A stretch of DNA of 30,557 nt from Alphaproteobacteria bacterium (lineage in GTDB: Bacteria > Pseudomonadota > Alphaproteobacteria > Rs-D84 > SZUA-605), in assembly GCA_031549385.1 (NCBI GenBank), contig JAVBPW010000008.1:1-30557 (forward strand), written 5' to 3'. A program made the translations under genes and the position numbers. Positions 1 to 9,486 of this stretch are shown here, one piece after another. The notes under the pieces were generated by a model. The model saw nothing but the letters and a program-made list of their open reading frames with translations, did no database searches and was not told the origin of the DNA. Each line of letters starts with the position of its first letter. Positions within the stretch are counted from its first letter, which is position 1.

Positions 1-95
1 AGAATGGGTCAACAGTGGGAGTAGGCTTTGAAATGGATATCAGAGAGAACTATGAATCACAAGAAATCCGAGTAGACTTAGGCTATAGATTCTAA
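1..95 (+). CDS. 3' end of an outer-membrane beta-barrel protein (partial, start lies outside the window)
   Basis: Open from the window edge to TAA at 93-95. Translation NGSTVGVGFEMDIRENYESQEIRVDLGYRF ends in an amphipathic strand with a terminal Phe, the usual C-terminal signature of BAM-inserted barrels (porins, autotransporter translocators). A hairpin terminator follows. Confidence 0.45.
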   Translation, partial: NGSTVGVGFEMDIRENYESQEIRVDLGYRF

Positions 96-113
96 ACCTG
101 AGTGATATAAAAG

Positions 114-139
114 AAAAGCTCCCAAATAGGAGCTTTTTT
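114..139. terminator. Bidirectional rho-independent terminator between convergent genes
   Basis: Stem AGCTCC (117-122) / GGAGCT (129-134), loop CAAATA, flanked by an A-run upstream and a T-run downstream. Confidence 0.7.
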
Positions 140-734
140 ATTTTGTTTTTTGTAAGATTATGTTTAACCATTTTCCATCTCGGTTTTGTTTTAATCTTAC
201 ATCATTTGTTACCCACATTTTTATTAAATCAAAATCAGAATTAAATTTTATTAAATTGAGAAATTTTTCTTCAGTGAAATCATTAAAGAAACGTCCATTT
301 CTTATTCCTTCATATTTTCCGTATTTGAAAGATATGAAAAAGATTCCTTTATCTGTTAATGCAGTTGCTACTTTTTTGAATATATTTGGTAAATCAGATG
401 TTGAAACATGTAAAATAGAGGCAAATGCCCACACTAAATTATAATTATCTTTTTCATTTAATTCTTCAAATGTTTCTTGTCTTACATTTTTGCATGAATT
501 AGATGCTATTTCACACATTTTTGTAGAACCGTCAGTTGACGTTACATCAAAGCCTAGAGATGTAAAATATATATTATCTCTTCCTGTGCCACATCCATAG
601 TCTAAGATTTTATCTCCTGGTTTTAAAAAGGCTAAGACTTCTTTATAAAAAGGGGTAGTTTCATCCAGAGTTGATGTTCTGTCAGCAAATGCTTGGTGAT
701 TATCATCATAATACTTTATTGTTGAATCTTTCAT
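138..734 (-). CDS. Class I SAM-dependent methyltransferase
   Basis: 198-aa ORF with the canonical motif I ILDYGCGTGRD and an acidic residue after beta-2 (FDVTSTDGS). SD AAGGGAG lies upstream of the ATG. Confidence 0.85.
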   Translation of the reverse strand: MKDSTIKYYDDNHQAFADRTSTLDETTPFYKEVLAFLKPGDKILDYGCGTGRDNIYFTSLGFDVTSTDGSTKMCEIASNSCKNVRQETFEELNEKDNYNLVWAFASILHVSTSDLPNIFKKVATALTDKGIFFISFKYGKYEGIRNGRFFNDFTEEKFLNLIKFNSDFDLIKMWVTNDVRLKQNRDGKWLNIILQKTK

Positions 735-938
735 AAACTCCCTTTTATTATCTATTTTATTATAGTTTTGTGCTTTTTTAAGTCAATAATATAGAAGCTT
801 GAAAAAGTTTTTTGTTTTTACTATATTAAAACTAGCAGATTTATATATAAAATTCATTAATGAAACCTTAGAAAACCTTATGTTTTTATGTTTTTTTTTA
901 AAATGTATATTTTTTTTCAAAAAAAGTGTAAAAAGGGC

Positions 939-967
939 TTGACTTTATTTTTCATATATTATATAAC
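939..967 (+). promoter_or_regulatory. Candidate rrn promoter with A/T-rich UP-like region
   Basis: TTGACT (939-944), 17-nt spacer, TATAAC (962-967). Preceded by long A/T tracts (890-930) and located about 310 nt upstream of the 16S. Confidence 0.5.
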
Positions 968-1082
968 TGTTTCCACGCTGAAGTTGAAGGGATGGATCTC
1001 AACCTCTCAGAAGAGAAAAAATAACAGTTTTGTTAGAATGTTTGATGATATATAACCCTAAGAAATCATCGGAATGCTTTTT

Positions 1083-1096
1083 ATTTTGTGAATAAG
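1083..1096 (+). promoter_or_regulatory. boxA-like antitermination element in the 16S leader (copy 1)
   Basis: ATTTTGTGAATAAG, preceded by TGCTTTTT, recurs exactly at 3278-3291 in the spacer before the 23S. E. coli rrn operons place boxA in the same two positions. Confidence 0.35.
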
Positions 1097-1103
1097 AAAT
1101 AGG

Positions 1104-1130
1104 AAGAGATGTGTTGGCGGACATAGAAAG
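1104..1130 (+). other. 5' arm of the 16S precursor processing stem (RNase III-type)
   Basis: AAGAGATGTGTTGGCGGACATAGAAAG is complementary, apart from a few mismatches or wobbles, to 2814-2840 (CTTTCTGTGTCCCCCAATACATCTCTT) just downstream of the 16S. Confidence 0.75.
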
Positions 1131-1278
1131 AAATTTCGAAAAGATGTACCGACTACACATTTTGACAGTACAAGGTTTTATTAAAATAGTAGAACCTGTC
1201 AATTATATACGATATAACCATTTGGTTATAAAGATTTAAGTAAATGCGTAGTTCAGGAACAAACTTAATTAAATTTTT

Positions 1279-2781
<1,503 letters not shown>

Positions 2782-2813
2782 CAAAGAAACGATTTTGTCT
2801 TCGGATAAAATCA

Positions 2814-2840
2814 CTTTCTGTGTCCCCCAATACATCTCTT
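2814..2840 (+). other. 3' arm of the 16S precursor processing stem
   Basis: Reverse complement matches 1104-1130 over about 27 nt. Confidence 0.75.
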
Positions 2841-2864
2841 TTTAAAAATTTTAGACCTAAATAA

Positions 2865-2941
<77 letters not shown>

Positions 2942-2958
2942 TATCTAAGCTTATTTTT

Positions 2959-3035
2959 GGGGCTATAGCTCAGCTGGTTAGAGCACCTGCTTTGCAAGCA
3001 GGGGGTCAAGAGTTCGAATCTCTTTAGCTCCACCA
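2959..3035 (+). tRNA. tRNA-Ala (anticodon UGC), CCA encoded
   Basis: Acceptor GGGGCTA/TAGCTCC with the G3:U70 Ala identity pair, anticodon loop TTTGCAA, T arm AGAGTTCGAATCTCT, 3' CCA. Confidence 0.97.
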
Positions 3036-3277
3036 CTTAAAAAAGAAACTTTTTTAAGTAGCGAATCAAAAGACATTCGAAAGAATCTCTTTTTGCTCGC
3101 GCAAGATGGCGCTGTGCGCTTGACGTACGAATAAAATTCTACGTCTCGTGAACTCCACCATTAATAGCATTTATAGTATGGAGGGAAATAATAAGGTCTT
3201 AAAAGTTTTTAAAAAATAAAAGTTTTGAAAGATTGTTTTTAATAGAAATTTAAAAATAATCTTTTGATGTTTTAACT

Positions 3278-3291
3278 ATTTTGTGAATAAG
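3278..3291 (+). promoter_or_regulatory. boxA-like element, spacer copy (copy 2)
   Basis: Exact 14-nt repeat of 1083-1096 (ATTTTGTGAATAAG). Confidence 0.35.
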
Positions 3292-3450
3292 TTATAATAT
3301 AGATTTGAGAGTTTTTAATCCGAAAAACTAAAATTTTATGTTTGTAAAATAATAATAAATTTTAAACTACGTCTAATCCGTTTAATCTTTACTTATTAGG
3401 TAATTTTATTATCCACTCATACGGTTTTGTTTTTCCGCAAATTAAAAGTT

Positions 3451-3491
3451 TGTGAAAAAAGAAAAGCTTAAAAATCGCGATTTTTCTTTGC
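3451..3491 (+). other. 5' arm of the 23S precursor processing stem
   Basis: TGTGAAAAAAGAAAAGCTTAAAAATCGCGATTTTTCTTTGC is the near-perfect reverse complement of 6401-6441. The core AAGCTTAAAAATCGCGATTTT is exact. Confidence 0.8.
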
Positions 3492-3621
3492 ATCTCATCA
3501 TAACGAAAGTTGTGATGAAATAACAAGATTGTTATAATCCTCAACAGATTATAACAAACAAAATTCTTCAAGCGTCACAATTAAATTTGTGATAAAGAGA
3601 ACTGTTTTTGATTATTAAAAT

Positions 3622-6377
<2,756 letters not shown>

Positions 6378-6400
6378 GTTTTAATAAACAAAAGCAAAAT

Positions 6401-6441
6401 ATTCAAAGCAAAATAAAATCGCGATTTTTAAGCTTTTTTAC
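6401..6441 (+). other. 3' arm of the 23S precursor processing stem
   Basis: GCAAAATAAAATCGCGATTTTTAAGCTTTTTTACA pairs with 3451-3491. Confidence 0.8.
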
Positions 6442-6461
6442 AAAATCTGTATTGTTTAATC

Positions 6462-6578
6462 TGCTGGTGATTACTGCGGAGTTGACACACGCTATTCCAT
6501 CCCGAACTAGGCCGTGAAACACTCCAGCGCCGATGGTACTTTGCCCTAAGGCACGGGAGAGTAGGTCGTTGCCAGCAT
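6462..6578 (+). rRNA. rrf: 5S ribosomal RNA
   Basis: TGCTGGTGA...CCCGAACT...GTGAAAC...GCGCCGATGGTAC...GAGAGTAGGTCGTTGCCAGCAT. The terminal helix TGCTGG/CCAGCA is present. Confidence 0.93.
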
Positions 6579-6622
6579 ATTAAACAATATGATAAAATTA
6601 TGTTATAACTTATATTTTGAAT

Positions 6623-6650
6623 GGGCCCCTTTGAGGGCACTTTTTATTTT
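6623..6650 (+). terminator. Weak terminator at the end of the rrn operon
   Basis: Short GC hairpin GCCC..GGGC followed by TTTTTATTTT. Confidence 0.4.
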
Positions 6651-6683
6651 AAAAATTATTGAAAATATTTATAAGATCCTTTA

Positions 6684-6750
6684 TTGAGAAATTCAAAATT
6701 TATTCCTATATGTTTTTTGGAAGAAAATAAGGATTAAATTTTAAAAAATC
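6684..6750 (+). promoter_or_regulatory. Orphan promoter plus cassette-type leader with no convincing ORF behind it
   Basis: TTGAGA (6684-6689), 17-nt spacer, TATATG (6707-6712), then AAATTTTAAAAAATC (6736-6750). This is the DHFR-type leader variant plus one A. Only very short ORFs follow before the terminator at 6847. Confidence 0.4.
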
Positions 6751-6846
6751 TAACTACATTATTACTAATAAAAAATAGGCAATTTTAAACAACTGTAGAG
6801 TATGCTTAAGAGAAATTATGGGAGTTGTTTTGATTGTTTGTTTTTG

Positions 6847-6876
6847 TCGCCCCTAGCTTTTAGGGGCGAATTTTTT
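6847..6876 (+). terminator. Strong rho-independent terminator (plus strand)
   Basis: Stem TCGCCCCT (6847-6854) / AGGGGCGA (6862-6869), then the T-run 6871-6876. Confidence 0.75.
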
Positions 6877-6881
6877 GAAAT

Positions 6882-6905
6882 AAAAAAAGGTGAAAATTCA
6901 CCTTT
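6882..6905 (-). terminator. Rho-independent terminator of the minus-strand gene 6904-7350
   Basis: Stem AAAGGTG (6886-6892) / CACCTTT (6899-6905). On the minus strand it is followed by a 7-nt U-run (complement of the A-run 6882-6888). It overlaps the stop codon. Confidence 0.7.
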
Positions 6906-7350
6906 AATTTGTTTGACTGAGAGTAAAACATCTTTTAATTCTCAACATTACCATTGATATATTTCCAGGTAATTCTTTTGTGTTGAGTAGATATTGGAAG
7001 GCTCTCCAAACCATTTCTTCACGAAAACTTTGATTGCTTGTACCAGTATCATCCCAATCTAATTTTTCTAAGATTGGGGTCATGTTATCCCACAGATCTT
7101 CATGAAGAGTTTGAAGACCTTGTTCAAAGTCCAATAAAAGATGTACTTTTAATGTGCTCTCGGCAATACCGAGGTTACAATAATCTTCAACAGACATACC
7201 TTCTTCTTTATTTATAAAGGTGAAACTTTCTTCCTTTAACCACATTATTATTGCAAAAAATGCAAATTTTTTTGAGTAGGTTGAATCTTTCCTTAAAAGA
7301 AATCTGTTCAGCTCTTTTTGGAGGATTTCTCCCATTTCCTTTGTATTCAT
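6904..7350 (-). CDS. Hypothetical protein, 148 aa (leader-tagged cassette gene A)
   Basis: Long ORF in stop-rich AT-rich DNA, with its own TTGACT/TAAATT promoter, the AAACTTAAAAA leader 10 nt before the ATG, and its own terminator. No recognisable motif. Confidence 0.75.
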   Translation of the reverse strand: MNTKEMGEILQKELNRFLLRKDSTYSKKFAFFAIIMWLKEESFTFINKEEGMSVEDYCNLGIAESTLKVHLLLDFEQGLQTLHEDLWDNMTPILEKLDWDDTGTSNQSFREEMVWRAFQYLLNTKELPGNISMVMLRIKRCFTLSQTN

Positions 7351-7360
7351 ACTAATTTAT

Positions 7361-7371
7361 TTTTTAAGTTT
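7361..7371 (-). promoter_or_regulatory. Conserved leader motif AAACTTAAAAA (copy for gene A)
   Basis: The minus strand reads AAACTTAAAAA, then ATAAATTAGT, then ATG. No SD. Confidence 0.7.
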
Positions 7372-7377
7372 GATGTT

Positions 7378-7406
7378 AATTTAAGTGATTATTTATCCTA
7401 AGTCAA
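7378..7406 (-). promoter_or_regulatory. Sigma70-type promoter of gene A
   Basis: The minus strand reads TTGACT (7406-7401), 17-nt spacer, TAAATT (7383-7378). The leader motif starts 6 nt downstream. Confidence 0.6.
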
Positions 7407-7412
7407 GGCTAT

Positions 7413-7463
7413 TTGACAAAATTGTAATATTTTATAGACAAATTAGTAATTTAATTGTATTGT
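7413..7463 (+). promoter_or_regulatory. Promoter region of the DHFR gene, back to back with the gene A promoter
   Basis: TTGACAAA at 7413-7420, plus a second module TTATAGACAA (7431-7441) with a 17-nt spacer and TATTGT (7458-7463). The TTATAGACAA module recurs at 8030-8040. Confidence 0.5.
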
Positions 7464-7468
7464 TTTAT

Positions 7469-7482
7469 AAATTTTAAAAATC
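7469..7482 (+). promoter_or_regulatory. Leader motif variant AAATTTTAAAAATC (DHFR copy)
   Basis: Ends 6 nt before ATG 7489. No SD. Compare AAACTTAAAAATC at 23705-23717. Confidence 0.55.
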
Positions 7483-7488
7483 AAATAT

Positions 7489-8007
7489 ATGAGTAAAATA
7501 AATATTATTGCTGCAGTTGCTAAAAACTGGGGCATTGGTTATCAAGGAGGAATTCCTTGGAAATTGTCAGCAGACATGAAACAATTCAAAAAGCTTACTA
7601 TGGGTGAAAATCCCAATGTAATGAATACTGTGGTTATGGGGCGGAAAACTTTTCAAAGTCTTCCCAAAGGACCATTGCCGGGTAGAGTGAATGTTGTCCT
7701 GACTCGGGATGTTGATTTTAGCTATCCCGATGTTGTTGTGTTACATTCTTTTGAAGATGTTTTGAAAATGTCTGATGGTGCAACCGGTGAAATCTTTATT
7801 ATCGGTGGAGAGCAGGTTTATAAAGATGCTTTACCGTATGCAGATAGGATGTATTTAACATTGGTTTCTGCAAACCCACAATGCGATGCGTTTTTTCCTA
7901 AGTTTGATGCTTGGGATTGGGATCTTGTGTTGGATGAAATGTATTCGTGGGACGAAAAAAACGAATACTCTTACCGGTATTATTATTTAGAAAGAGGAGA
8001 AAATTAG
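7489..8007 (+). CDS. folA: Dihydrofolate reductase
   Basis: 172 aa with DHFR hallmarks: IAAVAKNWGIGYQGGIPW, VVMGRKTFQSLP, PLPGRVNVVLTR, IFIIGGEQVY. Confidence 0.9.
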   Translation: MSKINIIAAVAKNWGIGYQGGIPWKLSADMKQFKKLTMGENPNVMNTVVMGRKTFQSLPKGPLPGRVNVVLTRDVDFSYPDVVVLHSFEDVLKMSDGATGEIFIIGGEQVYKDALPYADRMYLTLVSANPQCDAFFPKFDAWDWDLVLDEMYSWDEKNEYSYRYYYLERGEN

Positions 8008-8029
8008 GAGCTTTATGCTCCTTTTTTTA
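8006..8029 (+). terminator. Rho-independent terminator of the DHFR gene
   Basis: AGGAGC (8006-8011) / GCTCCT (8017-8022), then a T-run. It overlaps the TAG stop. Confidence 0.75.
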
Positions 8030-8033
8030 TTTA

Positions 8034-8062
8034 TAGACAATTTTGAATTTAGAATATAAGAT
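8034..8062 (+). promoter_or_regulatory. Promoter of cassette gene C
   Basis: TAGACA (8034-8039) inside the repeated TTATAGACAA module. TATAAG or TAAGAT lies 15-17 nt downstream. Confidence 0.45.
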
Positions 8063-8080
8063 TGTTTTAAATTCAAAATC

Positions 8081-8091
8081 AAACTTAAAAA
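8081..8091 (+). promoter_or_regulatory. Conserved leader motif AAACTTAAAAA (gene C)
   Basis: Exact 11-mer, 8 nt before ATG 8100. No SD. Confidence 0.7.
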
Positions 8092-8099
8092 TTTTATCT

Positions 8100-8561
8100 A
8101 TGTTTAAATTAATTTTTTCAGAAACCCCCCAAAAGAATTTTAAAGGTTTATCAGATGCATTTTTGCATATTCTTTCAAAAAAGCAATTTAGTGTTGATGA
8201 ATTAAATGGTGTTGTTAGATTGACTTTGTTTAATTCTGGTGTTGTTGATGGTATTTATTGGGATCCGGAGCCTGCAGACCTTGCTGCACGTATTCAAATG
8301 GATAAATTTGGAAATAAATATTTCTTATTTGGAAAATATGTTCCAGGGGAAGTTTTCTTTGCTGGTAGTAAGTATTGTAAATGGTCGCCTGTTTCAATTC
8401 CAAAAGATGCTTTTGTTATTACTGATAATGGAAATGTTAGAAATAAGGCACTGAGATGTGTATTGACTCATTGTGGTAATATCTTTCAACTTCATGAGCC
8501 TAATGAAGTTAGGGCTTTTGAAAGTGAAAATGAATTTACTGCTTGGACTTTTGATTTTTGA
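8100..8561 (+). CDS. Hypothetical protein, 153 aa (cassette gene C, paralog of gene D)
   Basis: The ORF track starts at TTG 8043, but that would place the promoter and leader inside the gene. ATG 8100 sits right after the leader motif. The C-terminal half is collinear with 8659-9102. Confidence 0.75.
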   Translation: MFKLIFSETPQKNFKGLSDAFLHILSKKQFSVDELNGVVRLTLFNSGVVDGIYWDPEPADLAARIQMDKFGNKYFLFGKYVPGEVFFAGSKYCKWSPVSIPKDAFVITDNGNVRNKALRCVLTHCGNIFQLHEPNEVRAFESENEFTAWTFDF

Positions 8562-8581
8562 CCCCGAAAAGGGGTCTTTTT
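8560..8581 (+). terminator. Rho-independent terminator of gene C
   Basis: GACCCC-GAAAA-GGGGTC hairpin followed by TTTTTATTT. Confidence 0.8.
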
Positions 8582-8590
8582 ATTTAAATA

Positions 8591-8618
8591 TTGACAAATA
8601 ATATAATAAGTTTAGGAT
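8591..8618 (+). promoter_or_regulatory. Promoter of cassette gene D
   Basis: TTGACAAA (8591-8598), 16-nt spacer, TAGGAT (8613-8618). Confidence 0.5.
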
Positions 8619-8638
8619 TAATAGCATATTAAATTTTC

Positions 8639-8649
8639 AAACTTAAAAA
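8639..8649 (+). promoter_or_regulatory. Conserved leader motif AAACTTAAAAA (gene D)
   Basis: Exact 11-mer, 9 nt before ATG 8659. No SD. Confidence 0.7.
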
Positions 8650-8658
8650 AATCTATAT

Positions 8659-9102
8659 ATGAAAGAAATAAAAGAAGAAGCTCAACAGGAAATTATCCAG
8701 TTGATGTTTGATCCTTTGATTGATTTGGAAATTCATAAGCAATACCTTATTGAGTTTTCAAAAAATTTAGCTCCTACTGGATTGTTTTCTCCAGAAAATA
8801 AATCTGTGATATTTAATTCTAAAGCTTTTGGCTTTGAGAAAGATGGAACAGTTTACCTTTTTGGTAAAAAGTTATGGACTTTGGATGTTATTTATACATA
8901 CAGTGGTAAAATTTCTCCAAATTCTCCTAACCAAGCCGCTCCGGATACTTTTTATTCTAGGATTGGTTTGAATGATGACAAAAGTTTCCAACGGGTGCTT
9001 GGTCATTGTAGGCTTTTGAATGGGGCTATTGCTTCATTTTATAACGATGTCAAATTCGTTATCTTTGAAACTGAACAAGAATTTTTGAATTATGAATTTT
9101 AA
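8659..9102 (+). CDS. Hypothetical protein, 147 aa (cassette gene D, paralog of gene C)
   Basis: Shares ordered motifs with gene C: Y(F)LFGK, then VL(T/G)HC 46-47 residues later, then the C-terminal FE(S/T)E.EF. Confidence 0.75.
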   Translation: MKEIKEEAQQEIIQLMFDPLIDLEIHKQYLIEFSKNLAPTGLFSPENKSVIFNSKAFGFEKDGTVYLFGKKLWTLDVIYTYSGKISPNSPNQAAPDTFYSRIGLNDDKSFQRVLGHCRLLNGAIASFYNDVKFVIFETEQEFLNYEF

Positions 9103-9153
9103 GTAGAAAAATTTTTTGTTTAGATGTAAAATTATATTAATATTTTAAAAAAT

Positions 9154-9164
9154 AAACTTAAAAA
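9154..9164 (+). promoter_or_regulatory. Conserved leader motif AAACTTAAAAA (mini-ORF pair)
   Basis: Exact 11-mer, 2 nt before ATG 9167. A possible weak promoter precedes it: TTGTTT (9116-9121), 17-nt spacer, AATATT. Confidence 0.6.
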
Positions 9165-9166
9165 AT

Positions 9167-9319
9167 ATGAAAACAAAAATTAAAAATCTTTGGGACGATA
9201 TTCTTTGGTCCAACACCTTTACTTTTGTGGTGGTGTTATGTGCGTTTTATGGAGTGTATTTTGCATTTTATTTTCCAACAAAGTGGTTGGTTGAAATAAT
9301 CAAAACATCATTATTATGA
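9167..9319 (+). CDS. Small single-pass membrane peptide, 50 aa (not in the ORF track)
   Basis: Hand translation: MKTKIKNLWDDILWSNTFTFVVVLCAFYGVYFAFYFPTKWLVEIIKTSLL. Basic N-terminus plus one hydrophobic helix. Sits directly behind the leader motif. Confidence 0.45.
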   Translation: MKTKIKNLWDDILWSNTFTFVVVLCAFYGVYFAFYFPTKWLVEIIKTSLL

Positions 9320-9456
9320 AAAGGAATTTTTTGATTTGGAAAACACTTTGGTGGGAATGCAGAGATTTTACAATATTGAAAGTTATATTGTTTCTTGTTG
9401 TGGCCATAGATCTTATACCGCTTGCGGTAGTACATCTTATTAGATGTGTGTTTTAA
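9316..9456 (+). CDS. Small single-pass membrane peptide, 46 aa (not in the ORF track)
   Basis: ATGA start/stop overlap with the previous mini-ORF. Hand translation: MKRNFLIWKTLWWECRDFTILKVILFLVVAIDLIPLAVVHLIRCVF. Same architecture as the upstream peptide. A terminator follows immediately. Confidence 0.4.
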   Translation: MKRNFLIWKTLWWECRDFTILKVILFLVVAIDLIPLAVVHLIRCVF

Positions 9457-9486
9457 AAAGGGGCTTTTTACAGCCCCTTTGTTTTT
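9457..9486. terminator. Bidirectional terminator between the mini-ORFs and PFOR
   Basis: AAAGGGGCT (9457-9465) / AGCCCCTTT (9472-9480), with an A-run before and a T-run after. Confidence 0.8.

Noticed and set aside
3095-3160. Possible third, degenerate tRNA in the spacer, because the segment ends in AACTCCACCA like tRNA-Ala
   Set aside because: There is no complementary 5' acceptor strand, no T-loop (GTTCGA) and no D-arm consensus, so no cloverleaf can be drawn.
8043-8099. N-terminal extensions proposed by the track: TTG 8043 for gene C, TTG 24214 for gene G, ATG 22414 for the porin, GTG 21811 for hemW, TTG 22550 for queH, ATG 25380 for rpe
   Set aside because: The extensions would run through promoters, leader motifs or the neighbouring divergent gene. 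Internal starts give a proper SD or leader context and, for the porin, a proper signal peptide.
6684-9486. Integron-like gene cassette array, or a known anti-phage defence or toxin-antitoxin system, in island 1
   Set aside because: There is no integrase and no conserved attC-type imperfect inverted repeats at cassette 3' ends; the hairpins are unrelated terminators. Each gene has its own promoter, unlike integron cassettes. No nuclease, ATPase, TIR, Sir2 or PIN-type motif was recognisable in the proteins.
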